Source: Candidatus Heimdallarchaeota archaeon (lineage in GTDB: Archaea; Asgardarchaeota; Heimdallarchaeia; JABLTI01). From it: DNA of 64,000 nucleotides. This document shows, one piece after another, positions 10,096 to 20,463 of the stretch (position 1 is the stretch's first letter; each line of letters starts with the position of its first letter). The translations under genes were made by a program, and so were the position numbers. The stretch is taken from NCBI GenBank assembly GCA_019058275.1, contig JAHLVW010000066.1, positions 64,001 to 128,000 of the forward strand, in the 5' to 3' direction. The notes beneath the pieces are model-generated. The model saw only the letters and a program-made list of their open reading frames with translations. It did not search any database and had not been told where the DNA came from.

Positions 10096-10509
10096 CTATG
10101 TGCTGATTTTTGAGAGTAATTGTTCTATTAATTTTATTGATTCCAAGAATAAATCTTCGTTATTTTCTTGAAAATATACTGAAAGATAAACCATTTTCCC
10201 TTGTCCAACTACGATTTTCTCTGCTAAAGCTTTGGCATATAATTCATTTCTAGATCCAATTACTGTTGCAGACATTAGTTCTCTTCTATCGATACGTGGT
10301 TGAGTAATTTTATCAAAACCTGTTCCTGACCCTTGTTGAACAGAAGCTGTGGGTAATGATATAGCTGTAGTTCCTAAATTAAGTGAATCCTTTTCTGAAA
10401 TGGACACAAAAAAACCATTAGTAAAATGTATTGCTATTAGCTGAAGATTTTCACTTTCTATTTTTGTAATAGGTAGATTTTGATCATGAACAGTATCTTT
10501 CTCTGTCAT
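10096..10509 (-). CDS. Proteasome assembly chaperone 4 (PAC4/PSMG4)-like protein
   Basis: FFVSISE...LGTTAISLP...SATVIG...AKALAEKI...KMVYLSV resembles the PAC4 pattern. Confidence 0.5.
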   Translation of the reverse strand: MTEKDTVHDQNLPITKIESENLQLIAIHFTNGFFVSISEKDSLNLGTTAISLPTASVQQGSGTGFDKITQPRIDRRELMSATVIGSRNELYAKALAEKIVVGQGKMVYLSVYFQENNEDLFLESIKLIEQLLSKIST

Positions 10510-10527
10510 TATAATCCAACCTACTAT

Positions 10528-10998
10528 TTACTTAAGATAATCAAGGTAGAGAATATAATCAGCAATTGATTCCATTGCTTGTGTAACATTTTCTTTCCAT
10601 GAAATTAGCAACAATTTTTTCTCTTTTTTTATTCGAGCATAAACCGGATATAGATTTGGATCAGTGGTTCCAATTCCAATTATATCTATCGATTGAGAGT
10701 TCATATATTCTAATATACTGATTGTCAAGTGAATGTCTAAATCACTACCTACAATCTCTTCCTGAAAGCCTTGGTCACTTAATAGGTTGGATTCTTTCTG
10801 AGTAATTTGCATATCAAAGATTACTTTCCCAGTTCTAATTGTACCTATTTCGGATAAAGCATCCTTCAAAATACCCAGCTTATATATCTCGAAATCTGGT
10901 AAAATTGTTGGTCCATCTAGAATAATCGCTATATTTTTTTTATCCTCATCGGATATAATTCTTAACGCTTTTCCCATTTTGCTTAACATTCTATCCAC
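10528..10998 (-). CDS. NYN/LabA (DUF88)-like PIN-fold protein, degenerate
   Basis: IAIILDGPTIL, SDLDIHL, TDPNLYP, ADYILYL. Confidence 0.6.
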   Translation of the reverse strand: MDRMLSKMGKALRIISDEDKKNIAIILDGPTILPDFEIYKLGILKDALSEIGTIRTGKVIFDMQITQKESNLLSDQGFQEEIVGSDLDIHLTISILEYMNSQSIDIIGIGTTDPNLYPVYARIKKEKKLLLISWKENVTQAMESIADYILYLDYLK

Positions 10999-11013
10999 CT
11001 TGCAAATTAACTA

Positions 11014-11778
11014 CTATTTTCCATATCGTCTTTCTCTTTGTTGGAATGTTCGCACAGCTCTCCACAAATCAATTTTTCTAAATGCAGGCCAATAGATATC
11101 TGTGAAATAGAGCTCTGAATATGCACTTTGCCAGAGCAGAAATCCACTTAGTCTTTCTTCCCCCGAAGTTCTGATTATTAAATCTGGATCTGGAATTCCT
11201 TCTGTATATAAATGATCATTAATGGTCTTCTCATCAATATCTGCAATTGTTAATTCATTATCTTTAACCTTGTTAGCAATCTTCTTTACTGCATCTACTA
11301 TTTCTGCTCTTCCACCATAACTTAGAGCCACATTTAGTAAATGCTTATCATAATCTTTAGTTTTTTCCTCAATATCATCAATTAATTTCAATATATTCTT
11401 TGAAAGATTCTCTCTTCTACCAATGATTTTTACTTTAACTTGATTATCGACAATCAATGGATCTGTATTTATTTTATTTAGTTTCTTTACAAGTAATTCC
11501 ATGATTTTCTTAACTTCTTCTGGAGATCTATTAAAATTTTCAGTTGAAAAGACATATAAAGTTATGACTTTAATTCCAATACCTAAACACCAAATGAGCA
11601 ACTCCTCAACTTTTTCTGCTCCAAAGAAATGTCCTTCTTTAGCATCTAATCCCTTCTTGCGTGCATATCTTCTATTACCATCTAGGATTACTCCAATATG
11701 ATGTGGTTTGGGACCCTTCTTTACTTCATTCCATAACCTCTTTTCATAGAATTTATAAATGGATGAGGGGAGCTTCAT
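11014..11778 (-). CDS. uppS: cis-prenyltransferase (polyprenyl diphosphate synthase)
   Basis: HIGVILDGNRR, FSTENFNR, YGGRAEI, IIRTSGEERLSGFLLWQ, RRYG. Confidence 0.95.
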   Translation of the reverse strand: MKLPSSIYKFYEKRLWNEVKKGPKPHHIGVILDGNRRYARKKGLDAKEGHFFGAEKVEELLIWCLGIGIKVITLYVFSTENFNRSPEEVKKIMELLVKKLNKINTDPLIVDNQVKVKIIGRRENLSKNILKLIDDIEEKTKDYDKHLLNVALSYGGRAEIVDAVKKIANKVKDNELTIADIDEKTINDHLYTEGIPDPDLIIRTSGEERLSGFLLWQSAYSELYFTDIYWPAFRKIDLWRAVRTFQQRERRYGK

Positions 11779-11881
11779 TTTCTATCAACAACGTAGCAAA
11801 TGATTAATCTATATTAAGATTTCAAAGGTCATTATTTAACTATTGCCTTTTAAATGAGAATCTAAACTATTTCAAATTACT

Positions 11882-12469
11882 TCAAGATTGGAGAATATCT
11901 TTAACGATTTTACCATTCTTAATAATTCCATAATAGGAAAAGCTTTCTTTATTATTGAACGAATTAGCTAACCATCTATCAAAAGTCTTACTAGTTTGAG
12001 TTAATACTTTAGCAAAAAAGAGGTTTAACACTATTCCATGTGAAACTATCAATATTTTCTTGTTTGTGAATTTGGAATCAATTTCTCGTACTTTCTTATC
12101 AAATCTCGTTAAAGCATCACCTGCTTTTTCCCAATTGTTAAAAGATTGATTAAAATTCCCGATACTTTTCTTGACAAATTCCTTGTAACCTTCATTTGTT
12201 GTGAATTTTCCTTTATCCCTATCCAATTCATTGAATTCTTTACATTGTAGAATTTTTATGTTATCCCTTTTGGCAAAATAAGACGCAGTTAGAATTGCTT
12301 TTCTCTCTTTTGAAGAATAAATAATATCAAGATTTATCAAATTCTCGTCATTCATTAGTGATTGAATCTGATTTATACCATCTTCAGCTAAATCCCATTG
12401 TGAAACAGGTATTTCTTGATCTACTTTCGTTTTAGTATGTCGTAGGAATATAATTCTATTATTTGACAT
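11882..12469 (-). CDS. Histidine phosphatase (phosphoglycerate mutase superfamily)
   Basis: FLRH, YSS..RKAILTA, IVSHG. Confidence 0.8.
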   Translation of the reverse strand: MSNNRIIFLRHTKTKVDQEIPVSQWDLAEDGINQIQSLMNDENLINLDIIYSSKERKAILTASYFAKRDNIKILQCKEFNELDRDKGKFTTNEGYKEFVKKSIGNFNQSFNNWEKAGDALTRFDKKVREIDSKFTNKKILIVSHGIVLNLFFAKVLTQTSKTFDRWLANSFNNKESFSYYGIIKNGKIVKDILQS

Positions 12470-12543
12470 GATATATTCATATATGAATAAAATCTCAAAG
12501 ACATATAATAATTATCCAAAATCCACTTGTGTAATTAAAAGAA

Positions 12544-12575
12544 TATAGAAAAGAGTTGCATAAGCAACTTCTATA
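12544..12575. terminator. Hairpin just downstream of the roadblock gene (possible terminator)
   Basis: TATAGA..AGTTGC-ataa-GCAACT.TCTATA interrupted inverted repeat. Confidence 0.35.
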
Positions 12576-12578
12576 AAT

Positions 12579-13010
12579 TTAGAGAATATCAGCAATTTTC
12601 CTAGCTGCTCTGCCCATCTCTAAAAAGATTAATCCTAATTTAGCATCTTTTCGAGAGCTAACAGTAAGCACTGCATTAGGACCTGCATTCATAGAAATGA
12701 TGGTTCCTTCTGATCCTTCTACAAAAACCCTTTCGATTCGTCCTTTTCGCATTTCCTCGATTACTCTTTCACCTAAGGAAAGCATTGCTGCTGTCATCGC
12801 TGCCAATCTTGTTTCCTCGATATCTCTTGGTAAGGCAGATGCTATAGGTAATCCTTCAACACTAACTACTGCTGCGGCTTCTATCTCTGGTACGGATGAC
12901 TCTAATTCTTTTAACATATTATTAAGCTCAGTATTCCTTCCGCCAGCTTGACCAAAACCAATAACTGAGAGTAAATCTTCTCTTGAAACTTGTTCATCTT
13001 TTCGCTGCAA
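12579..13010 (-). CDS. Roadblock/LC7 (MglB-like) protein
   Basis: IEAAAVVSVEGLPIASALP...LAAMTAAMLSLGER...KLGLIFLEM. Confidence 0.9.
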   Translation of the reverse strand: MQRKDEQVSREDLLSVIGFGQAGGRNTELNNMLKELESSVPEIEAAAVVSVEGLPIASALPRDIEETRLAAMTAAMLSLGERVIEEMRKGRIERVFVEGSEGTIISMNAGPNAVLTVSSRKDAKLGLIFLEMGRAARKIADIL

Positions 13011-13326
13011 TTTGACACCTTCAGTGTAATGAGTGTAGGTGAATATTTTATATTCTGTCTTTGTTCTTTACCTATTATAAGTTTATTTAAATGTGATATT
13101 TAACGGTACAAATATCCCTACATAATAATATAATACAAAAACTAATAACCAGCACTATAAAAAAACTTCAAAAGAGGATTTTTTTTCATCAAGAATTTAC
13201 TTTTACATTTCATTAAGTATAACAATTAATGCAATCATCAATAGAAATAGTACTTTTAACAAAACATTGAATATTATTAAAAGAACAATATCATGAATTT
13301 TCTATATCTACGAATCATTTATTAAT

Positions 13327-14037
13327 ATGCATTTATCAACTGAACCGACCAACAATTGGTGTGACAAAACATTGAGAAGAAGGAAATTATTACCAATTAG
13401 CCTTGCTCTAACATTAACATGCTTTGCATTATTTAGTGGTTTAGGTTACATTAATTCTGAACCAACATTAAATACGATTATTTTGTATGTGGCTGCAGAT
13501 AACACTCAACCAATTATTGGAGATCAAATTAATTTTACAGTGGTCTTTAAAAATTTCTTAAATGAAACCGAGAGCCTCTCAGAGGTTGTTGTAGAAACTT
13601 CAACATCTACAGAGATAAATATTACAAATGTGTTTGATGCTTCATTTAATGAAACCACATATAACACAACACAATATTATGTAGACAATGAAAATTCAAC
13701 CGATCCAATATTCTGGATTGAAGAAAATTATTTCAATATCACATGGGCAAAATTCCATCAAAACATGACATATAACTTCTGGTTTACAGTAAATTGTACA
13801 GATACAGGTTTATTCTTTGTTGATAATCCATATATTCATTATAAATTGAATAATGAAACAAATACAGTTCGTGGCTCAGGTTATAACTTTGAGGTCAGAG
13901 ACATTCCCGTAACAACTTCAATTCCGTCACCTGCCAGAGGAGATTGGACTTGGCAATGGTGGTTTATTGGAAGCATTCTTGTTGTAGTACCCATAATTGT
14001 GATTGTAATCACAAGACTAACCTTATGGAAAAGATAA
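13327..14037 (+). CDS. Secreted, C-terminally anchored surface glycoprotein
   Basis: N-terminal hydrophobic signal, many NxT/S sequons, C-terminal TM followed by basic tail. Confidence 0.6.
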   Translation: MHLSTEPTNNWCDKTLRRRKLLPISLALTLTCFALFSGLGYINSEPTLNTIILYVAADNTQPIIGDQINFTVVFKNFLNETESLSEVVVETSTSTEINITNVFDASFNETTYNTTQYYVDNENSTDPIFWIEENYFNITWAKFHQNMTYNFWFTVNCTDTGLFFVDNPYIHYKLNNETNTVRGSGYNFEVRDIPVTTSIPSPARGDWTWQWWFIGSILVVVPIIVIVITRLTLWKR

Positions 14038-14077
14038 AGCATGAATTGATTAGCTAAAAAGCATAACTAATCATTCA

Positions 14078-15175
14078 TTATTTTTCATTTATTGTTCTTT
14101 TATACAAATTCTCATAGAGAGGTATTATTTTATCTGGGTGGAATTTCTCCCTCGCAACCTTAGCTGCATTCTCTCCATAAGTTTTCAATAGTTTCTCATC
14201 TTCGATTAAGATACTCATGTAATTTGCAAGAGCATCAACATCTCCAACATCAGCTAAGAAACCAGTCTGTTCATGAGCAACTACCTCAGGTAATCCACCT
14301 GCTTTTGAAGCTATAACTGGTATTTTGCAGGACATTGCTTCAAGTGCTGCTAAACCAAAGCTCTCAATTTCAGAGGGTATTAAAAAGACGTCTGTATAAC
14401 ATAAAATTCTAGGAACATTAAGTAAGCTGCCACGGAAAGTTATTGAGTCCTTCAATCCCATTGATATCGCTAAATCTCTACAATATTCTAATTCTGGTCC
14501 TTGTCCAATCATTTCCAATCGAATGTTTTTGTGTTGTTTGTGTATTTTTGAAAAAGCTTGAATTATATCAGGTGATCTTTTTACTTGTCTGAAATTAGAT
14601 ACATGAGAGAAAACAAATTCATCTTTTTCTGGTTTCTTAATATGGGCGAATTTATTTGGATCTACAAAATTATAAATAACCTCAATTTCTTTTTCAATAT
14701 TATATCTTTCATAAATAAAATCCAACATGAAATTTGAAACTGTTGTAAGAGCATCATGATTGTTTAAGCTTAACTCAAGAATTGGCTTATAAGCATCATC
14801 AAGCCCAAGCAAATGCATGTCTGAACCATGTAGTGTTGAAATTATATTCATTTTATTATCTGTTAATTTTGCTAAATATAAAGAAATAGAGTGAGGAATT
14901 GCATAATGTGCATGAAAAATATCAATCTTTTGTTCTTTATAAAGTTTAGATAATAGTGAAGCAAGTATTACCGTATAAGGTTTGTACTTAAATAGTGGGT
15001 ACGAAAGTATGTTCACTTCATGAAAGATAAAATTCTCTTCAAGCTTTAATCGTTCAGGTAGCTGGTATGATATAAAATGAACTTCATGCCCATTTTCCAT
15101 TAATTTTAATCCCAACTCAGTACCAACAATACCGCTACCACCAAATGTAGGATAGTTTATGATTCCAATCTTCAT
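14078..15175 (-). CDS. bshA: N-acetyl-alpha-D-glucosaminyl L-malate synthase
   Basis: MKIGIINYPTFGGSGIVGTELG, HAHYAIPH, TLHGSD, HVSNFRQVKR, ESFGLAALEAM. Confidence 0.9.
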   Translation of the reverse strand: MKIGIINYPTFGGSGIVGTELGLKLMENGHEVHFISYQLPERLKLEENFIFHEVNILSYPLFKYKPYTVILASLLSKLYKEQKIDIFHAHYAIPHSISLYLAKLTDNKMNIISTLHGSDMHLLGLDDAYKPILELSLNNHDALTTVSNFMLDFIYERYNIEKEIEVIYNFVDPNKFAHIKKPEKDEFVFSHVSNFRQVKRSPDIIQAFSKIHKQHKNIRLEMIGQGPELEYCRDLAISMGLKDSITFRGSLLNVPRILCYTDVFLIPSEIESFGLAALEAMSCKIPVIASKAGGLPEVVAHEQTGFLADVGDVDALANYMSILIEDEKLLKTYGENAAKVAREKFHPDKIIPLYENLYKRTINEK

Positions 15176-15205
15176 TTTTTCACACCTTATTTTTATTCTG
15201 CGATT

Positions 15206-15883
15206 TTAAAAGAATATCTTCCAATCCTTTAATGCTATTGGATTCTTCAAGAAGAATGCTTCACCAAAATCAGCCAAGATTAATGAACCATAAAAACGAC
15301 ATCTCTCATAAACTGGAAAAGGCAGATATTCCTTAGAAAATTCTTTGAATTGAGACTTATATGTCATGATTGCTTCTTTCTTTCTTTCAAATTCTTGACT
15401 TATATCCAAAATATAAGAGGGAGAAAATTGTCCATTTAATTCGTAATAGATCATATGGTTTACTTTATACCTTGGATGATCCAGTTCTACTTTCTTCAGT
15501 TTGGCATAATGACAAGCTTTTGTAACAATATCAGATGTTGTTGAGTGATCCGGATGGCGGTCTTCCCAGTAAGGAATTAAAACAACTTTAGGTTGATACT
15601 CTCGTATCTTACTAGCAACAAAAAGGATAGTCTTCTTTTTATCCTCAAATGGTAGGTTCGCATCTGGAAAACCTAGATTCTCTCTAATTTTTACTCCCAA
15701 ATTTTTTTTAGCTTTATCTGCTTCATTTATGCGAGTTTCTTTATTACCTAGTGACCCCATTTCTCCTGTAGTTAAATCTATAATGCCTACAGCTAATCCC
15801 TCATCAACAGCTTTAACAATTGCTCCACCTGCACCCAATTCTGCATCATCAGGATGTGGAGCAAACACTAAAACATCCAACAT
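15206..15883 (-). CDS. bshB1: Bacillithiol biosynthesis deacetylase (PIG-L family)
   Basis: APHPDDAELGAGG, DLTTGEMGS, DRHPDH, YKSQF; located between bshC and bshA. Confidence 0.85.
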   Translation of the reverse strand: MLDVLVFAPHPDDAELGAGGAIVKAVDEGLAVGIIDLTTGEMGSLGNKETRINEADKAKKNLGVKIRENLGFPDANLPFEDKKKTILFVASKIREYQPKVVLIPYWEDRHPDHSTTSDIVTKACHYAKLKKVELDHPRYKVNHMIYYELNGQFSPSYILDISQEFERKKEAIMTYKSQFKEFSKEYLPFPVYERCRFYGSLILADFGEAFFLKNPIALKDWKIFF

Positions 15884-17487
15884 TTCATCACCACATGATT
15901 GCCTGGATCAACTTTTGTTAGGTAATCCTGCATACAATTTAGTAAATTCATTGAATATTTGTTAAGATATTGAAAGATGTTAAAAACTCTTTCTTGTGGT
16001 TTATCCCCTGGAAATAGGTAATCTCGAGCTTTTCGTAGCTGATTTTGTAGAACTTTATTATCATCTTTGACGTACTTTATGTACATTCTTTCAATATTTG
16101 ATAGTTCTTTCATAATATTCTGCTTTCTGTGTTGAGAACGATTTCCAAGTTCTTGATTAAAAGTTAAAAGATTTTCATTTAATTCATCAAGTGTTCTAGA
16201 AATTTGATTGAAATATATATCCAAGAAATCTTTATTATCACTTTTAAGCAAATTAGAAGTAAGTCTATTTAAATCCCTAAGCTCAGCAATATTAAATTTA
16301 TATTTTTCAATAATTCTGTTAATATGTCTTTCAATTACTGTAGCACCAAATCTGAATTGCAAATTAGGTTGAGTTAAACTAAATTCCTTATACAAATCCT
16401 TAATTTGTATATGGTAGCCAATCTCTGAAGGACCTCCGATAAAAATATGTGTTGGGATCATTTGATCTTGAGCAAGAGGTCTAAAAATAGCATTTGTACT
16501 AAATCTTTCTGGATTTGATTGGATTTCATTAGTTATCTCTTCTTTTGTTATTGTTGTTCCATTAGATATTTCATATACTCCATCATTATTCAAAGAAATA
16601 GTATTTCTGTAATATTTCTCATCAATATAGAATAATCCAACTATATTCTCCTTTTTATGCATTTTTGGTTTATAACCAATTTCAGTTAATTTCTTGGTTG
16701 TTTCGAGGAAGATCCTGTTATATTTAATTGGATCTGTTACTAATTTTGTAAAATAGTCTTTTAAGTAAGGTCTGAAAATCCATGGTTCAATTAAAATTAA
16801 CCCCCATTTGCTCATGAGTTTTGACATTAATCTGCTGAAGAATTCACCCCATTTTTTGGATTTATCAAGTGTTTCTTTAATTAGACCTTGATAAAGTTCA
16901 TTGGTAAATTCAGTTACTGGTAATATATCAACAATTTCCTTTAACATGTCACTTATTTGTGTTTTATCAAGCTCACAAACTTCAAGACTTTTACCTGTCA
17001 TGAATTTATCTTCAACAACAAATGGAATAATTTCATTCTGTTTGTTTAATACACAAATATTATTTACTTCTTCCACATCATGATCCTCAGAAGCATTCCA
17101 AAAAAGGGGAATCAAATGTAATTTCTCATCTGAAAACTTCTTTGCATAGTTAATTGCAGAGAGTGTCTTGAAAATGGTATATAACGGTCCTGTGAGAAAG
17201 CCGGGTTGTTGCCCTGTGACAACAAACTTAACCTTTTCATTTTCAACAGATTCGATGTTCTCAAAAACATTTGTTTGTGCACCTATTGATTTATTATATT
17301 TTGTAAGAATTTCCTTTAGTAAACCTCTATCTCCAGTGAAATTGATAGATTGGAATTTAGTAGGTTTCCTATCTATGAAACTGATCATTGGATTTTTACC
17401 ATTAAGATAATCTAATAGCATTGTATTAGGATACATTTTCTCGCGATCAAGTATTTCAAGTTTAATAATATCAGCCATAAATTTCAC
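15868..17487 (-). CDS. bshC: Bacillithiol biosynthesis cysteine-adding enzyme
   Basis: VVTGQQPGFLTGPLYTIFK, PLFWNASEDHDVEEV, FSTNAIFRPLAQD, GGPSEIGY, PQERV. Confidence 0.92.
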   Translation of the reverse strand: MKFMADIIKLEILDREKMYPNTMLLDYLNGKNPMISFIDRKPTKFQSINFTGDRGLLKEILTKYNKSIGAQTNVFENIESVENEKVKFVVTGQQPGFLTGPLYTIFKTLSAINYAKKFSDEKLHLIPLFWNASEDHDVEEVNNICVLNKQNEIIPFVVEDKFMTGKSLEVCELDKTQISDMLKEIVDILPVTEFTNELYQGLIKETLDKSKKWGEFFSRLMSKLMSKWGLILIEPWIFRPYLKDYFTKLVTDPIKYNRIFLETTKKLTEIGYKPKMHKKENIVGLFYIDEKYYRNTISLNNDGVYEISNGTTITKEEITNEIQSNPERFSTNAIFRPLAQDQMIPTHIFIGGPSEIGYHIQIKDLYKEFSLTQPNLQFRFGATVIERHINRIIEKYKFNIAELRDLNRLTSNLLKSDNKDFLDIYFNQISRTLDELNENLLTFNQELGNRSQHRKQNIMKELSNIERMYIKYVKDDNKVLQNQLRKARDYLFPGDKPQERVFNIFQYLNKYSMNLLNCMQDYLTKVDPGNHVVMKCWMF

Positions 17488-17705
17488 ATCAAATATCTAG
17501 CTTAAGGTAAATTATTCACACAAATTTATTTAATTTAATACAGAACAATCTATTTTATGAAATTAAATGTTTAGTTTATTTTATACAAATATATTGATTG
17601 TTCATTTTATTAAGATTGTTTTAGATTTTAAAGAAAAGAATTTAAGGATACTGAACTGTCCTCAATTTAAGAGAAGAATATTAATTTTGAATTTGAGGGT
17701 AAAAA

Positions 17706-18978
17706 ATGTCTGATGATGAAGATAATCCATATGCAAATTTCTTGCAACAACTTGAGAAATCCGCAAAAGTAGCAAATTTGGATCCAGAAGTTCATAAAAT
17801 TTTATGAGAGCCTGAAAGAGAACTAAAAGTATCACTTCCGGTTAGAATGGATGATGGCAAAATTAATGTCTTTATAGGTTATCGAGTTCAACACAGTAAC
17901 TGCTTTAGGCCCCTCGAAAGGCGGGGTTCGTTTTCATCCTAATGTTTCATTAGATGAAGTTAAAGCACTCGCAGCTTGGATGACTTTTAAATGTGCTGTA
18001 GCTGGTTTACCATATGGCAGTGGTAAAGGTGGAGTTATTGTTGAACCACATGATTTGACACAAGGTGAGGTTGAAAGGCTTTCTAGGAGATATTTCTACT
18101 CAATAATGGATATTGTTAATCCTATGAAAGATATCCCAGCTCCTGATGTTAACACAAATAATCAAATTATGAATTGATTTGTTGATACCTACTCAATGAT
18201 AGAAAGGGTCAATACTAATGTAGCAGTAACTGGCAAACCAATAAACTTTGGAGGATCCTTAGGAAGATCATATGCTACAGGAAATGGTGTTCGATTTCAT
18301 ACCATGAGTGCTTTAGAAAAGCTAAACATGAATCCCAAAAAATGTACCTCTGCTGTGCAAGGATTTGGTAATGTTGGTTCATATTCAGCCAAATTCTTCC
18401 AAGATGAAGGTATGAAAGTGGTAGTAGTTTCAGATTATTTTGGTGGAGCTGTTCTTAATAAGAAAGGAATTGATATGAATGATTTAATTAATCATTTCCA
18501 TAAAAAACGAACAATTGCTGGTTACAAAGATGCAGAGCATATTGATGACTTGAATGAGGCCAATAATGCTATCTTAACTGCAGATGTAGATGTCCTTGCA
18601 CCTTGTGCGTTGGAAAATCAAATAACAGATGATAATGCTATGAACGTAAAAGCTAAGATTATTGTAGAAGGAGCAAATGGACCTACGACACCAACTGCTG
18701 ATGAAATGCTACACAAACAAGGTACACTAGTAGTACCAGATATCCTTGCAAACGCTGGTGGTGTAACAGTCTCTTATTTTGAATGGGTTCAGAATTTACA
18801 ATACTATTATTGGACAAAAGATGAAGTAAATACTAAATTGAAGAACTTAATGAATCGTGCTTTTGATAATGTTTGGGATATTAAGGAATCTGAAAACACT
18901 ACTATGCGAGTTTCAGCTTATACTTCAGGTTTAAAACGATTAGAAGAAACCATCAAAATGAGGGGAATATTCACATAG
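17706..18978 (+). pseudogene. gdhA: Glu/Leu/Phe/Val dehydrogenase (archaeal-type GDH), disrupted
   Basis: ATG 17706; in-frame TGA 17805; frameshift near 17898 just before [11 protein letters not shown]; TGA 18175 at the conserved Trp (IMN*FVDTYS); remainder intact (VQGFGNVG, EGANGP, NAGGVTVSYFEWVQN). Confidence 0.85.
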
Positions 18979-19026
18979 AATAAGAAAAAATAAAATGAAA
19001 GATAATTTTCATTATCAATTATCTAC

Positions 19027-20463
19027 TTATTTTTTATTCATGACATACTCATGCATTGCTTTTGCTGTTGTTCTTCCAGCTCCCATAGCTAGAATGACTG
19101 TCGCTGTACCAGTGACAATATCTCCACCTGCATAGACTCCTGGAATGGAAGTTTCACCAGTTTCTTCATTGACAATGACACCACCCCATTTATGAGTTTC
19201 CAATTCAGGTGTGTTTCTAGCAATCAATGGGTTAGGTCTTTGACCGATAGCAATTATGAGAGTATCACATTCAATATCAAAACAAGCTCCATCAATGGGT
19301 AAAGGTCTGCATCTGCCTGATTCATCAGGTTCACCTAATTCACATTCTTGACACTCAAGTCCAATGACATTGTTCTTCTCATCACCCATAATTCCTAATG
19401 GACTAGATAGACAATGGAATTCAACACCTTCATCTTGAGCGTGGTGAATTTCTTCATCTCTGGCAGGTGCTTCTGCAATGGATCTTCTGTAAACAATGTA
19501 AGATTTCTCTGCACCAAGTCTTAGAGCAGTTCTTGCACTATCCATAGCGACATTTCCTGCACCAATGGTTATTACTTTCTTACCAATATTTACAGGGGTA
19601 TCAGAACCATCTGGGAACTTGTAGGCTTCCATTAAATTCGCTCGAGTCAAAAACTCGTTTGCAAAATAGACACCATTTAAACTCTCACCGGGAATTCCTA
19701 GATATCTAGGCAAACCTGCGCCAGTTCCAAGAAAGATGGAATCATAACCCATTTCAAATAAATCATCGAGACTATAAGTAAGACCAATTACAGTATTGTA
19801 TTTGATCTCAACGCCCATCTGTTCAAGAGTTTCAATTTCTTCAGCAAGAATTGTTTTTGGTAAACGAAATTCAGGGATACCATAAATTAAAACTCCTCCA
19901 CCCTTGTGAAAAGCTTCAAACAAGGTTACTTTGTGGCCAAATCTAGCTAAATCTGCAGCAGCAACTAATCCAGCAGGACCAGAACCAACAACAGCAATTT
20001 TCTTACCAGTTGATTTTGCTACTTCAGGAGTTGTTCTACCACGTTCACGCTCCCAATCAGCTAAGAATCGCTCTAAACGACCAATTCCTACAGGATCCCA
20101 ACCTTCTTTCTTACCTAAAAGACAAGCTGCTTCACATTGAGATTCTTGTGGACAAACTCTACCACAAATTGCAGGCAAAATATTAGTTTCTTTGATAATC
20201 TTTATACCATTTTTGAAATCTTTTTGGAGGATAGCATCAATGAATGCTGGGATATTAATATCAACAGGACAACCTTCTTGACAGAAAGCTCTTCTACAAT
20301 GAAGACATCGTTCAGCTTCTAAAACAGCTTCAGCTTCAGTGTAACCAAAAGGAACTTCTAAATAATTCTTAATTCGATCCTTTGGTTTTTGTTCCTTCAT
20401 AGAGGTTTTCTTAGGGGTTTTATCACTTCTTTTGTGAACTTTCTTTTTTGTTTCTTCGGTCAT
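19027..20463 (-). CDS. nfnB: NfnB/SudA (GltD-like flavoprotein subunit of the electron-bifurcating transhydrogenase)
   Basis: EAERCLHC, GCPV, CGRVCPQESQCE, GSGPAGL, YGIPEFRLP, GGDIVTG; overlaps nfnA. Confidence 0.85.
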   Translation of the reverse strand: MTEETKKKVHKRSDKTPKKTSMKEQKPKDRIKNYLEVPFGYTEAEAVLEAERCLHCRRAFCQEGCPVDINIPAFIDAILQKDFKNGIKIIKETNILPAICGRVCPQESQCEAACLLGKKEGWDPVGIGRLERFLADWERERGRTTPEVAKSTGKKIAVVGSGPAGLVAAADLARFGHKVTLFEAFHKGGGVLIYGIPEFRLPKTILAEEIETLEQMGVEIKYNTVIGLTYSLDDLFEMGYDSIFLGTGAGLPRYLGIPGESLNGVYFANEFLTRANLMEAYKFPDGSDTPVNIGKKVITIGAGNVAMDSARTALRLGAEKSYIVYRRSIAEAPARDEEIHHAQDEGVEFHCLSSPLGIMGDEKNNVIGLECQECELGEPDESGRCRPLPIDGACFDIECDTLIIAIGQRPNPLIARNTPELETHKWGGVIVNEETGETSIPGVYAGGDIVTGTATVILAMGAGRTTAKAMHEYVMNKK

